Positions 19,077 to 28,206 of a DNA stretch of 51,389 nucleotides are shown here, in pieces (within the stretch, counting starts at the first letter, position 1; each line of letters opens with the position of its first letter). The notes beneath the pieces were generated by a model. That model made no database searches. It saw nothing but the letters and a program-made list of their open reading frames with translations, and had not been told where the DNA came from. The translations under genes and the position numbers were made by a program. Source of the stretch: an uncultured Salinivenus sp. (lineage in GTDB: Bacteria > Bacteroidota > Rhodothermia > Rhodothermales > Salinibacteraceae); the NCBI GenBank assembly GCA_964384855.1, contig CAYLMT010000001.1, positions 1 to 51,389 on the forward strand. Direction: 5' to 3'.

Positions 19077-20279
19077 CTAGGATTGGTGCCGCGACATAAA
19101 CCGGTCGATGCGGGTGAGTGCTTCTTTGATGTCGGCCAGACCGGTGGCGTAAGAACAGCGCACATATCCCTCCCCACTGGGTCCGAAGGCGGTCCCGGGT
19201 ACGCACGCGACCTTCTCTTCCTCCAGCAGACGCTGGGCAAACGCCTCCGACGACAGGCCCGTGGAGGTAATGTCGGGGAAGCAGTAGAAGGCTCCCTCCG
19301 GCTCAAAGGTCGGAAGCCCCGCCTCGTTCAAGCCCGTTACGATGGTCCGACGACGCTCATCGTAGCTCTGCCGCATCTCCTCCACGTCCTCCCGGGCCTC
19401 ACGCAACGCGGCGATGGCCCCCTCCTGTGCCATGGTCGGTGCGCTCATGATCATGTACTGATGCACCTTGTGCATGGCTTGGAGGAGGGGCTCCGGAGCA
19501 CAGGCAAATCCGATCCGCCACCCTGTCATTGCGTAGTTCTTGGAAAAGCCACCCAGCAGCACCGTCCGCTCGCGCAACTCGTCGACGGTGGGGACGCAGA
19601 CGTGCCCACGCTCGTGGGCCGTGCCATAGATGAGTTGGTCGTAAATCTCGTCGGAGACGACCAGAAGGTCGTGCTCGACCACGAGCTGGGCAATTTCTTG
19701 GAGCGTCTCGCGGCGCAGTACGGCCCCGGTGGGATTATTGGGATATCCGAGGAAGAGGACCTTCGACCGATTCGTAAGGTGCGGCTCAATGTCGGCCGCC
19801 GTGACCTGGAAGTCATTTTCGACGGAAGTCGGAACGTGCACGACCTCGCCCCCGGCAAACCGGGCGGACGGGCCGTAGGACACGAAGCAGGGCTCGGGGA
19901 TCAACACCTCGTCCCCGGGATCGAGGAGAGCCTGCATGGCTAGCTGCATGGCCTCGCTGCACCCCACGGTCGCGATGATTTCGGTTTCGGGGTCGTACGA
20001 GAGGCCGTACCGCTCCTCGTAGTCCTCGGCGATGAGCGTGCGGAGCTCCGCCATGCCAGCGTTGGACGTGTAGCTCGTCCGCCCATTCTCCAGCGCATCA
20101 ATCCCGGCCTCCAGCGCCGGATCCGGCGACACGAAATCCGGCTCCCCAATGCCGAGCGAAATGACATTGTCCATCGTAGCGGCAATGTCGAAGAACCGGC
20201 GGATGCCGCTCGGAGGAGTCTCCTGCACTCGTTTGGAGACGTACGTATCGAGATCGGGGGCGGTAGCGGGGGAAGCCAT
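19077..20279 (-). CDS. PLP-dependent class I/II aminotransferase
   Basis: ISLGIGEPDF, YPNNPTG, SDEIYD, GFSKNYAMTGWRIG (PLP lysine), PEGAFY, GYVRCSY. ATG at 20279 preferred (400 aa). Confidence 0.93.
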   Translation of the reverse strand: MASPATAPDLDTYVSKRVQETPPSGIRRFFDIAATMDNVISLGIGEPDFVSPDPALEAGIDALENGRTSYTSNAGMAELRTLIAEDYEERYGLSYDPETEIIATVGCSEAMQLAMQALLDPGDEVLIPEPCFVSYGPSARFAGGEVVHVPTSVENDFQVTAADIEPHLTNRSKVLFLGYPNNPTGAVLRRETLQEIAQLVVEHDLLVVSDEIYDQLIYGTAHERGHVCVPTVDELRERTVLLGGFSKNYAMTGWRIGFACAPEPLLQAMHKVHQYMIMSAPTMAQEGAIAALREAREDVEEMRQSYDERRRTIVTGLNEAGLPTFEPEGAFYCFPDITSTGLSSEAFAQRLLEEEKVACVPGTAFGPSGEGYVRCSYATGLADIKEALTRIDRFMSRHQS

Positions 20280-20467
20280 GGGAAGCGATCGCGGATCCAA
20301 AGTTGGGCGAGTGATCAGCGCACACACGTACTCTGCCCCTCCCGGGAGGTTCAGCACTCTCCGTAGCGAGGGCGACCGGGAGACCTACGTCGAGTTGTAC
20401 TTCGAGGCCCTCAGCACTAGGTTTGAAAAAGCACTTTTCCTCTCCAAACTGTCCCCTCGTCTCCGGC

Positions 20468-21955
20468 ATGTCCGACACGTTCGAAAACTACATTGACGGC
20501 CGCTGGACCGACGCCGCCTCCCAGGCCACCTTCGAGAACCGAAACCCCGCCGACCCCGACGACCACATCGGCCAGTTTCCCAATTCGGACCCCGCCGACG
20601 TTGACGCCGCGGCCCAGGCCGCCCGCGACGCCTTCGCTGACTGGCGCAGTACCCCGGCCCCCGACCGCGGTAAAATTCTGAAGGCCTCCGGCGACCTGCT
20701 CAACGAGCGAAAAGAAGACATTGCCCGCTCGATGACCCGCGAGATGGGCAAGCCCTTCTTTGAAACGAAGGGTGACGTGCAGGAGGCCATCGACACGGCC
20801 TACTATGCGGCCAGCGAAACGCGGCGACTGTTCGGCACCACCGTCCCGAGCGAGCTGCCCGACAAGATGAACATGGCGATTCGTCGCCCGCTCGGGGTGT
20901 GTGGCATCATCACCGCCTGGAACTTCCCCGTGGCCGTGCCCTCCTGGAAGATTTTCCCTGCCCTCGCCGCCGGCAACACCATTGTCTTTAAGCCGAGTGA
21001 GGATGCTCCGCACAGTGGTCTTCGCTTCGTGAAGACCCTCATCGATGCGGGCATTCCGGATGGAGTTATCAACGTGGTGCACGGGGCCGACGAGGCGGGG
21101 CAGGCGCTCGTGGAGCACCCGGAGGTCGACGCCATCGGCTTCACCGGCTCCTACGAGGTCGGCACCTCTATCGCCGAAACCTGCGGCCGCCTCAACAAGC
21201 CGGTGTCCCTGGAGATGGGGGGCAAAAACCCGATGATTGTGATGGACGACGCGAACCTCGACCTCGCACTGGAGGGGGCCATCTGGGGCGCCTACGGCAC
21301 CACGGGACAACGCTGCACGGCCACCAGCCGCCTCATCTGTCACGAGGCAATCCACGACGAACTCGTTCGCATGATTCAGGACGAGGCGGAGACGCTCGTC
21401 CTCGGGGACGGAAATGTCGCAGACACCGACGTGGGACCTCTCATCAACCAGGCCGCCGTGGAAAAGGTGCACCGCTACGTAGAGATCGGGCAGGACGAGG
21501 GTGCCACATTAGAGATGGGCGGGGCCCCTGCTTCGGTCGACGGCCTCGACGGCCACTTCTACGAGCCCACCCTCTTCACGGACGTGTCGCCCGACATGAC
21601 GATTGCCCAGGAGGAAATTTTCGGGCCGGTCCTTGCAACGTTCGAGGTGGGCTCCTACGAGGAAGCCGTGACAGTGGCCAACGATACGAAGTTCGGCCTC
21701 TCGTCCTCCATCTACACCCAAGACGTGAACACAAGCTTCCGGGCCATGCGTGACCTCGACGCCGGCATCACGTACGTGAACGGCCCCACGATCGGGGCAG
21801 AGGCGCACATGCCGTTCGGGGGCGTGAAAGGCACCGGAAATGGACAACGGGACGGGGGCTACGCGGCCTTCGAATTCTGGACGGAGCACAAAACCCTCTA
21901 CGTCGACTACTCCGGCCAGCTTCAGAAGGCCCAAATGGATTCGGTGGAGGACTAA
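20468..21955 (+). CDS. NAD(P)-dependent aldehyde dehydrogenase
   Basis: ITAWNFP, KPSE, FTGS, catalytic Glu in LEMGGKNP, catalytic Cys in GQRCTA, EEIFGPV, PFGGVK. ATG at 20468. Confidence 0.95.
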   Translation: MSDTFENYIDGRWTDAASQATFENRNPADPDDHIGQFPNSDPADVDAAAQAARDAFADWRSTPAPDRGKILKASGDLLNERKEDIARSMTREMGKPFFETKGDVQEAIDTAYYAASETRRLFGTTVPSELPDKMNMAIRRPLGVCGIITAWNFPVAVPSWKIFPALAAGNTIVFKPSEDAPHSGLRFVKTLIDAGIPDGVINVVHGADEAGQALVEHPEVDAIGFTGSYEVGTSIAETCGRLNKPVSLEMGGKNPMIVMDDANLDLALEGAIWGAYGTTGQRCTATSRLICHEAIHDELVRMIQDEAETLVLGDGNVADTDVGPLINQAAVEKVHRYVEIGQDEGATLEMGGAPASVDGLDGHFYEPTLFTDVSPDMTIAQEEIFGPVLATFEVGSYEEAVTVANDTKFGLSSSIYTQDVNTSFRAMRDLDAGITYVNGPTIGAEAHMPFGGVKGTGNGQRDGGYAAFEFWTEHKTLYVDYSGQLQKAQMDSVED

Positions 21956-21993
21956 ATCCAGCGCACCTCACCCTGAAGCGCCGCCCTGTAACG

Positions 21994-22030
21994 CGGGTGG
22001 TGATGCACGCCATCACCACCCGTTTTTCTT
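21994..22030 (+). terminator. Intrinsic terminator after the aldehyde dehydrogenase gene
   Basis: Perfect 12-bp stem CGGGTGGTGATG-CACGC-CATCACCACCCG followed by TTTTTCTT. Confidence 0.9.
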
Positions 22031-22071
22031 ACAGAACGAGGAGATCCCGTCTCGAAAGACTTTCCCCTCAA

Positions 22072-22380
22072 TTATTCGTCGTTTCGGAGGTACTCGTCGT
22101 TCTCACGAGCCCGTACGACGGCCTTATAGCTCTCATCTTCTTGCTGGGCCGATCGCACAATGACGTTCTCTTTTCCGAATCGGCGATACAGGAGATTTCG
22201 GAGGTTTTGAATGTCGTTCTGCTCGAGATCCGAGAGAACAATCGCCTCATCATCCCCAACCTCACTCCATTTCTGAGCGATAGGCTCATACTTGGACGTA
22301 CGGCCTCGTCCTCCGCTCGCCCCGAGTTCACGTTCGGCATTTTGCTGGTCCGTGACTTCCATTTGAAAATCTGCGTCCAT
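22072..22380 (-). CDS. Hypothetical protein, possible small nucleic-acid-binding protein
   Basis: 102 aa, acidic overall, with a basic GGRGRTSKY motif. Has an ATG start and an AT-richer upstream region. Confidence 0.7.
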   Translation of the reverse strand: MDADFQMEVTDQQNAERELGASGGRGRTSKYEPIAQKWSEVGDDEAIVLSDLEQNDIQNLRNLLYRRFGKENVIVRSAQQEDESYKAVVRARENDEYLRNDE

Positions 22381-22559
22381 AATTCAGGATATAATCGTTA
22401 CCAAGATACGCATGGACACAGAATTTGGAACCAAAGACGAGGTTCCCCTCTTTTCTCGGCTTCATTTAATGTCTATACCCACAATTACGAATCCAAACGT
22501 ACTTCATCGTACGCATCGGTGAGTATGGACACGGAATCGGTATTGCACCGGGTTCGGAC

Positions 22560-22910
22560 TCACGTGCCGACATTAAATACATATCCATGCTCGATGTCAC
22601 CCGCCCGTTTTCCATCGATAAAAACGGTGGATCGAAGGTGCTCGACGTGATCAAATCGTTCTTCCACTTCACAGTATGTAACCGTCGCTTCCGGGAACGC
22701 CGCCGAGAGTTTTCGACAGGGTGCCTCTAGCCCGCGACGATCCTCCAGGGCATTCGCTACCGTAAATTTGAGGGCAGGAAGGGTCTCTTCGTCCTCGCCC
22801 TTCTCAATCGGACGCTGCTCGAAGCCGTGCTCGTCAATAATCGGATGCGAACCAACAGCCTCGGGATCATCGGGATTGGACACGAGGAGATACGTGACCA
22901 CGGTTGCCAT
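22560..22910 (-). CDS. Hypothetical protein (116 aa)
   Basis: ATG 22910 gives MATVVTYLLVSNPDDPEAV..., with an acidic, globular composition matching neighbouring genes. Confidence 0.65.
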   Translation of the reverse strand: MATVVTYLLVSNPDDPEAVGSHPIIDEHGFEQRPIEKGEDEETLPALKFTVANALEDRRGLEAPCRKLSAAFPEATVTYCEVEERFDHVEHLRSTVFIDGKRAGDIEHGYVFNVGT

Positions 22911-22976
22911 CGGGACACTTCGAGAGATCTGTTCGATGAATAAACACAACGGGTCGGATCATTTCCGCTCTTCGTC

Positions 22977-23720
22977 TTAAGTCTCCGGCCGCCCTCGGGC
23001 GCGCTCGCCGTCCGGACGCAGGTCGACGACGGTCGCGTCAGGCACATAGCGGGCATGTACGAGTGCCTCCAGCGGCAACCACGCGTCGCTCGCATCGAGA
23101 ATCTCGCTGTCGCTGGTGACGACAGGAGCCGACACCTCTCTCAGTGTTGCGTCCACATCGTCGTGCCCGACGAGGCGCCAGGGGCTCTCGGTCGTGGACG
23201 ACGCGTCCTCGAGTCGGTCCTTTACGCGACCGACATTGGAGACCGACCGATCGAGGTGCCAGGTGACTCGTGCCGGATTCAGGGCCTGCAGCGTCTCCGC
23301 AAGCCGCTGCAGAGCGGGCGTCGTCTGGTGAACGATGCGGTAGGTGCCGTGTACGGGGTCCACGTCGCGATAGGCCGAGTCGCGCCCCACAAACAGGTAT
23401 GCGCCCCCAAGCATCGCCTCAACGGTGATCAGTACGTTGAATGCGTCGAGGTGGAGCTCTCGTCCTTTAATGGCCCTCGGGCGCTGGCGCACATGAAGAC
23501 GATGGGCCCGTTCGGCGTCGCTACAGGATGAGCGCGCGACGGCGTTGCGCTGCCGCCGCTTCAATCGGTACCGATTCCCAACGAGGTCTTGAGCCGCACT
23601 CCCGCTGTAGCCCCGACTCCGGAGCCACGACAGATCCCGAACAGCGGACCGAAGCCGATCGTACTGGGCGGGCCCAAATTGCTCGGAATCCTCCGGATGG
23701 GCCCCACGATTGGAGGGCAT
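22977..23720 (-). CDS. DUF434-family protein (N-terminal DUF434 plus PIN/NYN-like C-terminal domain)
   Basis: RGAHPED, DLSWLRSRGYS, VGNRYRL..RQR, LDAFNVLITVE, GRDSAYRD, LDRSVSNVG and VVTSDSEILD follow the DUF434 pattern. Confidence 0.8.
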   Translation of the reverse strand: MPSNRGAHPEDSEQFGPAQYDRLRSAVRDLSWLRSRGYSGSAAQDLVGNRYRLKRRQRNAVARSSCSDAERAHRLHVRQRPRAIKGRELHLDAFNVLITVEAMLGGAYLFVGRDSAYRDVDPVHGTYRIVHQTTPALQRLAETLQALNPARVTWHLDRSVSNVGRVKDRLEDASSTTESPWRLVGHDDVDATLREVSAPVVTSDSEILDASDAWLPLEALVHARYVPDATVVDLRPDGERARGRPET

Positions 23721-23767
23721 AACAAGCAGGACAGTGCGCGGTAGGCGCCATCCACCTCGTGTGATCC

Positions 23768-25189
23768 TTACGTACGCTTCCGGGCTAGGCCCTGCTCCCG
23801 GGCCGTCCGGGACACGGCCTCCGAGACCTTCGCCACCACGTTCTCGTCGAAAACACTTGGAATAATGTAGTCTGGGGTCAGGCTCCGGTCGTCAATCGTG
23901 TCGGCGATCGCCTCGGCCGCTGCAATTTTCATCTCCCCCGTAATGTCCGTCGCTCGACAATCGAGCACCCCCTTGAACAGGCCTGGGAAGCACAACACAT
24001 TGTTGATCTGATTCGGATAATCGCTTCGGCCCGTGGCCATGACCGCCACGTGAGGGTAGGCCACCTCCGGCATGATCTCCGGGCGGGGATTGGCCATCGC
24101 AAAGACGATTGGATCGCGGGCCATGCGCTTGAGGTCCTCCACACCGAGGATGTCCGGAACGCTCAGACCAATGAAAACGTCGGCGCCCTCTATAACCTCC
24201 GACAGGGTGTCGCCTCGGGTTGACGGATCCGTCATCTCCGCGTACTCTGCTTTCGCGTCGTCCAGGTCGTCCCGATCAGGGGTGACCGGGCCATCGCTGT
24301 CGACCCCGATAATCTCTTCGACACCCATCTGCAGGAGCATCTCCGTCACCGCGGTGCCCGCCGCCCCAATGCCGACCGTCACGACCTTAATCTCGTCGAG
24401 GTCCTTTTCCACAATCTGCAGAGCATTGAGGAGAGCAGCGGCCGTCACGACCGCCGTGCCGTGCTGATCGTCGTGAAAGACGGGGATGTCGAGCTCTTCT
24501 TTCAGCCGTTCCTCCACGGCAAAACAACGGGGCGCGGCAATGTCTTCGAGATTGATTCCCCCAAAGATCGGCGCGATGCGGCGGACAGTCTCCACGATTT
24601 CGTCGACGTCGGTCGTGTCGAGACAAATGGGAAACCCGTTCACGTCCGCAAACTCTTTCAGAAGCTGCGCCTTGCCCTCCATCACCGGAATTGCGGCCCC
24701 TGACCCAATGTCGCCCAGCCCCAGGACAGCCGTGCCGTCGGTCACGACTGCGACCGTGTTGCTCTTTATCGTGAGCCGATGCGTGTCCTCGGGCGTCTCG
24801 TGGATCGCCTCACACACACGGGCCACCCCCGGGGTGTACGCCATTGAAAGCTGATCTCGGGTGCGAAGCGGCGACTTGCTCTCGACCTTTAGCTTCCCGC
24901 CAAGGTGCAACAAGAAGGTGCGATCCGAAATGTTGACCACCTCGACACCGTCGAGCTCCCGTAGCTCTTGAACGATCGACTGGGCGTGGTCGTCGCTCCG
25001 AGTATTGATGGTGATGTCGCGGGTCAATTCGTCCTTCTCGGCCCGCACAATGTCGATCGCCCCAATGTTGCCACCGTGCTCGCCAATCACGGACGTTACG
25101 TTGGCCAACATCCCGGGACGATTGGAGATAACGACACGGACGGTAATCGAATTGCTGGCGCTCGGTAAATATTCTTCATTCTCTTCCAT
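23768..25189 (-). CDS. NAD(P)-dependent malic enzyme with N-terminal ACT domain
   Basis: ACT signature NRPGMLANVT..GGNI, then LSMAYTPGVA, TDGTAVLGLGDIG, VMEGKA, INLEDI, FHDDQHGTA, GIGAAG and QINNVLCFPG. ATG at 25189. Confidence 0.93.
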   Translation of the reverse strand: MEENEEYLPSASNSITVRVVISNRPGMLANVTSVIGEHGGNIGAIDIVRAEKDELTRDITINTRSDDHAQSIVQELRELDGVEVVNISDRTFLLHLGGKLKVESKSPLRTRDQLSMAYTPGVARVCEAIHETPEDTHRLTIKSNTVAVVTDGTAVLGLGDIGSGAAIPVMEGKAQLLKEFADVNGFPICLDTTDVDEIVETVRRIAPIFGGINLEDIAAPRCFAVEERLKEELDIPVFHDDQHGTAVVTAAALLNALQIVEKDLDEIKVVTVGIGAAGTAVTEMLLQMGVEEIIGVDSDGPVTPDRDDLDDAKAEYAEMTDPSTRGDTLSEVIEGADVFIGLSVPDILGVEDLKRMARDPIVFAMANPRPEIMPEVAYPHVAVMATGRSDYPNQINNVLCFPGLFKGVLDCRATDITGEMKIAAAEAIADTIDDRSLTPDYIIPSVFDENVVAKVSEAVSRTAREQGLARKRT

Positions 25190-25282
25190 AAAAATGTGCG
25201 TCGTGGTGGGTAGATCGAACTGAACAAAAAGTTGGATACGGGAACGCCGCGGAGAAGGGCCCACCTTTCCACGTAGTCACCC

Positions 25283-25322
25283 AAAGAAAAAGGACGGCTC
25301 CCAACAGGGAAGCCGCCCTTTG
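25283..25322 (-). terminator. Intrinsic terminator after rpsA
   Basis: Minus strand AGGGCGGCTTCCC-TGTT-GGGAGCCGTCCT-TTTTCTTT. Confidence 0.85.
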
Positions 25323-25361
25323 TTTGTCCTACCGGAATACGTCTTCGAAGACTCGGAACAG

Positions 25362-27983
25362 CTAGCTGCTAATAGAGCCGGTCTCGTCAAACTCCTTGAG
25401 GCCGTCGGAGATGTCTTCGGCGTAGGAGGACCCAATGCCATCTAGGTCGGTGAGATCATCCACCTCGCGGAGTTCAGCCAGCGTGGTCACGCCCGCATTT
25501 TCGAGCCGTGAGACGCGCGGAAAGTTCTCCGGAAAGCCGGAGGTCTCGTCGAAGGCGGACTCGTCTTCCGAGGTCGCTTCAGCCTCCTCGTCCGCATCGG
25601 TCTCGGACGCAGTTTCCTCCTCGTCGGCTTGCTCCTCGTCCTCGGTAGCCTCAGCCTCTGTGTCCTCAGCCGCCGTGCTCTCCTCCTCTAGGGAGGCCTC
25701 CTCTTCGGCTTCCTCGGTTTCTTCCATTTCGCGGCGCAGGTCGGCCAAGCCGGACAGTTCGCCGAGCGTCGTGGGGCCGGTCGTCGGCTCATCCGTGTCG
25801 GGCTCCGGCTCCTGGAATTCGCGCACAGCCTCTTCTTGTTCGCGCTCTTCCTTCCGGGATTCGCGCTCTTCTTCTCGCTGTTCCTCATCCCGCTCGGCCT
25901 CTTCCTTCGCCGTTTCGCTGAGGACGATGTCCTTCTGGTCCTTGTCGAACCGAATGACCTGGAGGTCGATCTCGTCGCCTTCGTGGTAGTGGTTCTTGAA
26001 GCCCTTCGGGCCGTTTTTGAGTTCGCTGCCCGGAACGAAGGCCTCCACGTCCAGCGGCAGCTGCACAACGAGCCCCTTGTCCTCCACGCGGACGACCTCT
26101 CCCGTCGTGTCGTTGCCCTCCTCATAAGCGTCGGCAAACTGGTCCCACGGATTGGTCTTCACCTGCTTGTGGCCCAGCGAAATGCGTCGCCGCTCCTCGT
26201 CAATGTTAAGAATCACGACGTCGAGCTCCTGCCCCTCGTCAACCATGTCGCCCGGATGACGAATCTTCTTGGTCCAGGACAGGTCCGAGACGTGCACCAG
26301 CCCGTCGATGCCGGGCTCGATCTCGACGAAGACACCGAAGTTGGTGATGTTGCGCACGGTGCCGGTGAGCACTGTACCCGCCGGATAGCGGTCGCTGATG
26401 CCCTCCCAGGGATCGGGCTCTAGCTGCTTCATGCCAAGCGAAATCTTCCGCTCATCCTGGTCGATGTTGAGAATCTTGACATCGACCACCTGTCCGAGCG
26501 ACACCATCTGGCTGGGGTGCTCGATGTGGCGCGTCCACGACATCTCGCTGATGTGGACGAGCCCCTCAATTCCCTTCTCAATCTCGACGAAGGCGCCGTA
26601 ATTCGTGATCGAGACGACCTTTCCTTCGACCGTGTCACCTTCTTCGTACTTGTTGCCAATCTTTTCCCAGGGGTGATCCTGAAGCTGCTTCAGGCCGAGG
26701 GAAATGCGCTGACGCTCCTCTTCGTAGTCGAGAACGACGACTTCGAGCTCCTGATCGAGCTCCACGACCTCGCTTGGGTGGGAGACGCGTCCCCAAGACA
26801 GGTCCGTAATGTGCAGGAGGCCGTCGACCCCACCGAGGTCAATGAAGACACCGAAGTCAACGATGTTCTTGACGGTACCCTCGAGCACCTGACCAACCTC
26901 AAGCTGCTCGAGAATCTCCTGCCGCTGCTCTTCGAGCTCGTGCTCGATGAGCTCGCGGTGCGAGACGACGATGTTCTCGTTCTCCGGGTTGAGCTTGACG
27001 ATCTTGAATTCCATCCGCGTCTCCAGGTACGACTCGAAGTCCCGGACCGGGCGGACGTCGATCTGCGAACCGGGGAGAAAAGCCTCCATGCCGTCGAAGA
27101 GCTCCACGATCATCCCCCCCTTGATGCGGCGGATAATCGTGCCTTCGATGACTTCTTCGTTCTCGTAAATCTCTTCAACCCGCTGCCAGCGTCGGACCTT
27201 GTCGGCCTGCTCCTTCGAGAGCACAAGCTGACCGTCGCGGTCTTCCTTCCGCTCCAGGTACACCTCCACGGTGTCCCCAGGGCGGATTTCGTCCTCCCCG
27301 AACTCGTCACGGGAAACGATCCCGTCGCTCTTGTACCCAATGTCGATGACCACGTAGTCCTCGTTGACCTGTAGCACGCGGCCCTCGACAATGTCCTGCT
27401 CACGGACGTCGATGGAGGTCTCGTCGACGACCTCACGGAACTGGTCGTATACCGAATCGTCGGCAGGCGCCTGCTCCTCGGTTTCAAGTTCGTCGAGAGA
27501 AACTGTTTGTCCGTGGGTTTCCCCCATGAAGCCCTGCGCTTCCTCCGTCCGCTCAAGCTCGTCGGGGGAGACGGTGCGCGTGGGTTCGTCGAACTCGGAC
27601 ACGTCGATCGAGGCCTCGTCCCCGGATGGAATCGGGAGGTCCTCAGAGGCCTCTTCAACCGCTTCTTCGAGGATGCGACTCACAAAGCCCGGTTCTTCAG
27701 GGGGGTCCACAGGAGCGCTGTCGCCCCCTTCGTCCGGAGCGTCTGCGGGCGTCTCCTCGGAGGTCACAGGCTCTTCAGCAGTGGATTCTTCGTCCTCCCC
27801 TCCGTCCGACTCGGACGCCGACGTGGCAGCGGGATCCGCCGCCTCCGTCGAGGCCTCCGCGTCCGCAGGATCGTCAGCCGCAGTGTCGGTGTCGGCTTCG
27901 TCACCTGCGTCGGAAGGAGTGGACTGAGCATCAGCAGTGTCCTGAGAGTCGTCTTTCGGTGCAACTTGTTCTTGTTCTGCCAT
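25362..27983 (-). CDS. rpsA: 30S ribosomal protein S1 with acidic N- and C-terminal extensions
   Basis: Six S1 repeats (DIGYKSDG, AFLPGSQID, FGVFIDLGGVDGLLHITDLSW, YGAFVEIEKGIEGLVHISEMSW, FGVFVEIEPGIDGLVHVSDLSW, EAFVPGSEL). Follows cmk. ATG at 27983 (873 aa). Confidence 0.97.
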   Translation of the reverse strand: MAEQEQVAPKDDSQDTADAQSTPSDAGDEADTDTAADDPADAEASTEAADPAATSASESDGGEDEESTAEEPVTSEETPADAPDEGGDSAPVDPPEEPGFVSRILEEAVEEASEDLPIPSGDEASIDVSEFDEPTRTVSPDELERTEEAQGFMGETHGQTVSLDELETEEQAPADDSVYDQFREVVDETSIDVREQDIVEGRVLQVNEDYVVIDIGYKSDGIVSRDEFGEDEIRPGDTVEVYLERKEDRDGQLVLSKEQADKVRRWQRVEEIYENEEVIEGTIIRRIKGGMIVELFDGMEAFLPGSQIDVRPVRDFESYLETRMEFKIVKLNPENENIVVSHRELIEHELEEQRQEILEQLEVGQVLEGTVKNIVDFGVFIDLGGVDGLLHITDLSWGRVSHPSEVVELDQELEVVVLDYEEERQRISLGLKQLQDHPWEKIGNKYEEGDTVEGKVVSITNYGAFVEIEKGIEGLVHISEMSWTRHIEHPSQMVSLGQVVDVKILNIDQDERKISLGMKQLEPDPWEGISDRYPAGTVLTGTVRNITNFGVFVEIEPGIDGLVHVSDLSWTKKIRHPGDMVDEGQELDVVILNIDEERRRISLGHKQVKTNPWDQFADAYEEGNDTTGEVVRVEDKGLVVQLPLDVEAFVPGSELKNGPKGFKNHYHEGDEIDLQVIRFDKDQKDIVLSETAKEEAERDEEQREEERESRKEEREQEEAVREFQEPEPDTDEPTTGPTTLGELSGLADLRREMEETEEAEEEASLEEESTAAEDTEAEATEDEEQADEEETASETDADEEAEATSEDESAFDETSGFPENFPRVSRLENAGVTTLAELREVDDLTDLDGIGSSYAEDISDGLKEFDETGSISS

Positions 27984-28206
27984 ATACGATGTGGTAGGTT
28001 TGCGAGGCGCTGGCCACCCACCCGGCCAGCGACAAATGCAATTTGTACCTGCCTGGCCCTGACAGTCCAGGAGGGAATGTGAAGAGAGCGAACGTGACCT
28101 GAGGACGGGCCATTCCGGCCTCAGAGCATGCAGTCCAATGTCAGGCATCCCTGCGAACGACCAGGGTGGCCCTTCGACAGGCGACAGTTGTATTATGCCG
28201 GGGCCT

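Noticed and set aside
23768-25189. ACT domain fused to malic enzyme
   Set aside because: This is a known architecture in several bacterial phyla, so it is not novel.
27984-28148. 55-aa Cys/Trp-rich N-terminal extension of S1
   Set aside because: Composition is atypical for this proteome and it overlaps a structured leader. ATG 27983 is the plausible start.
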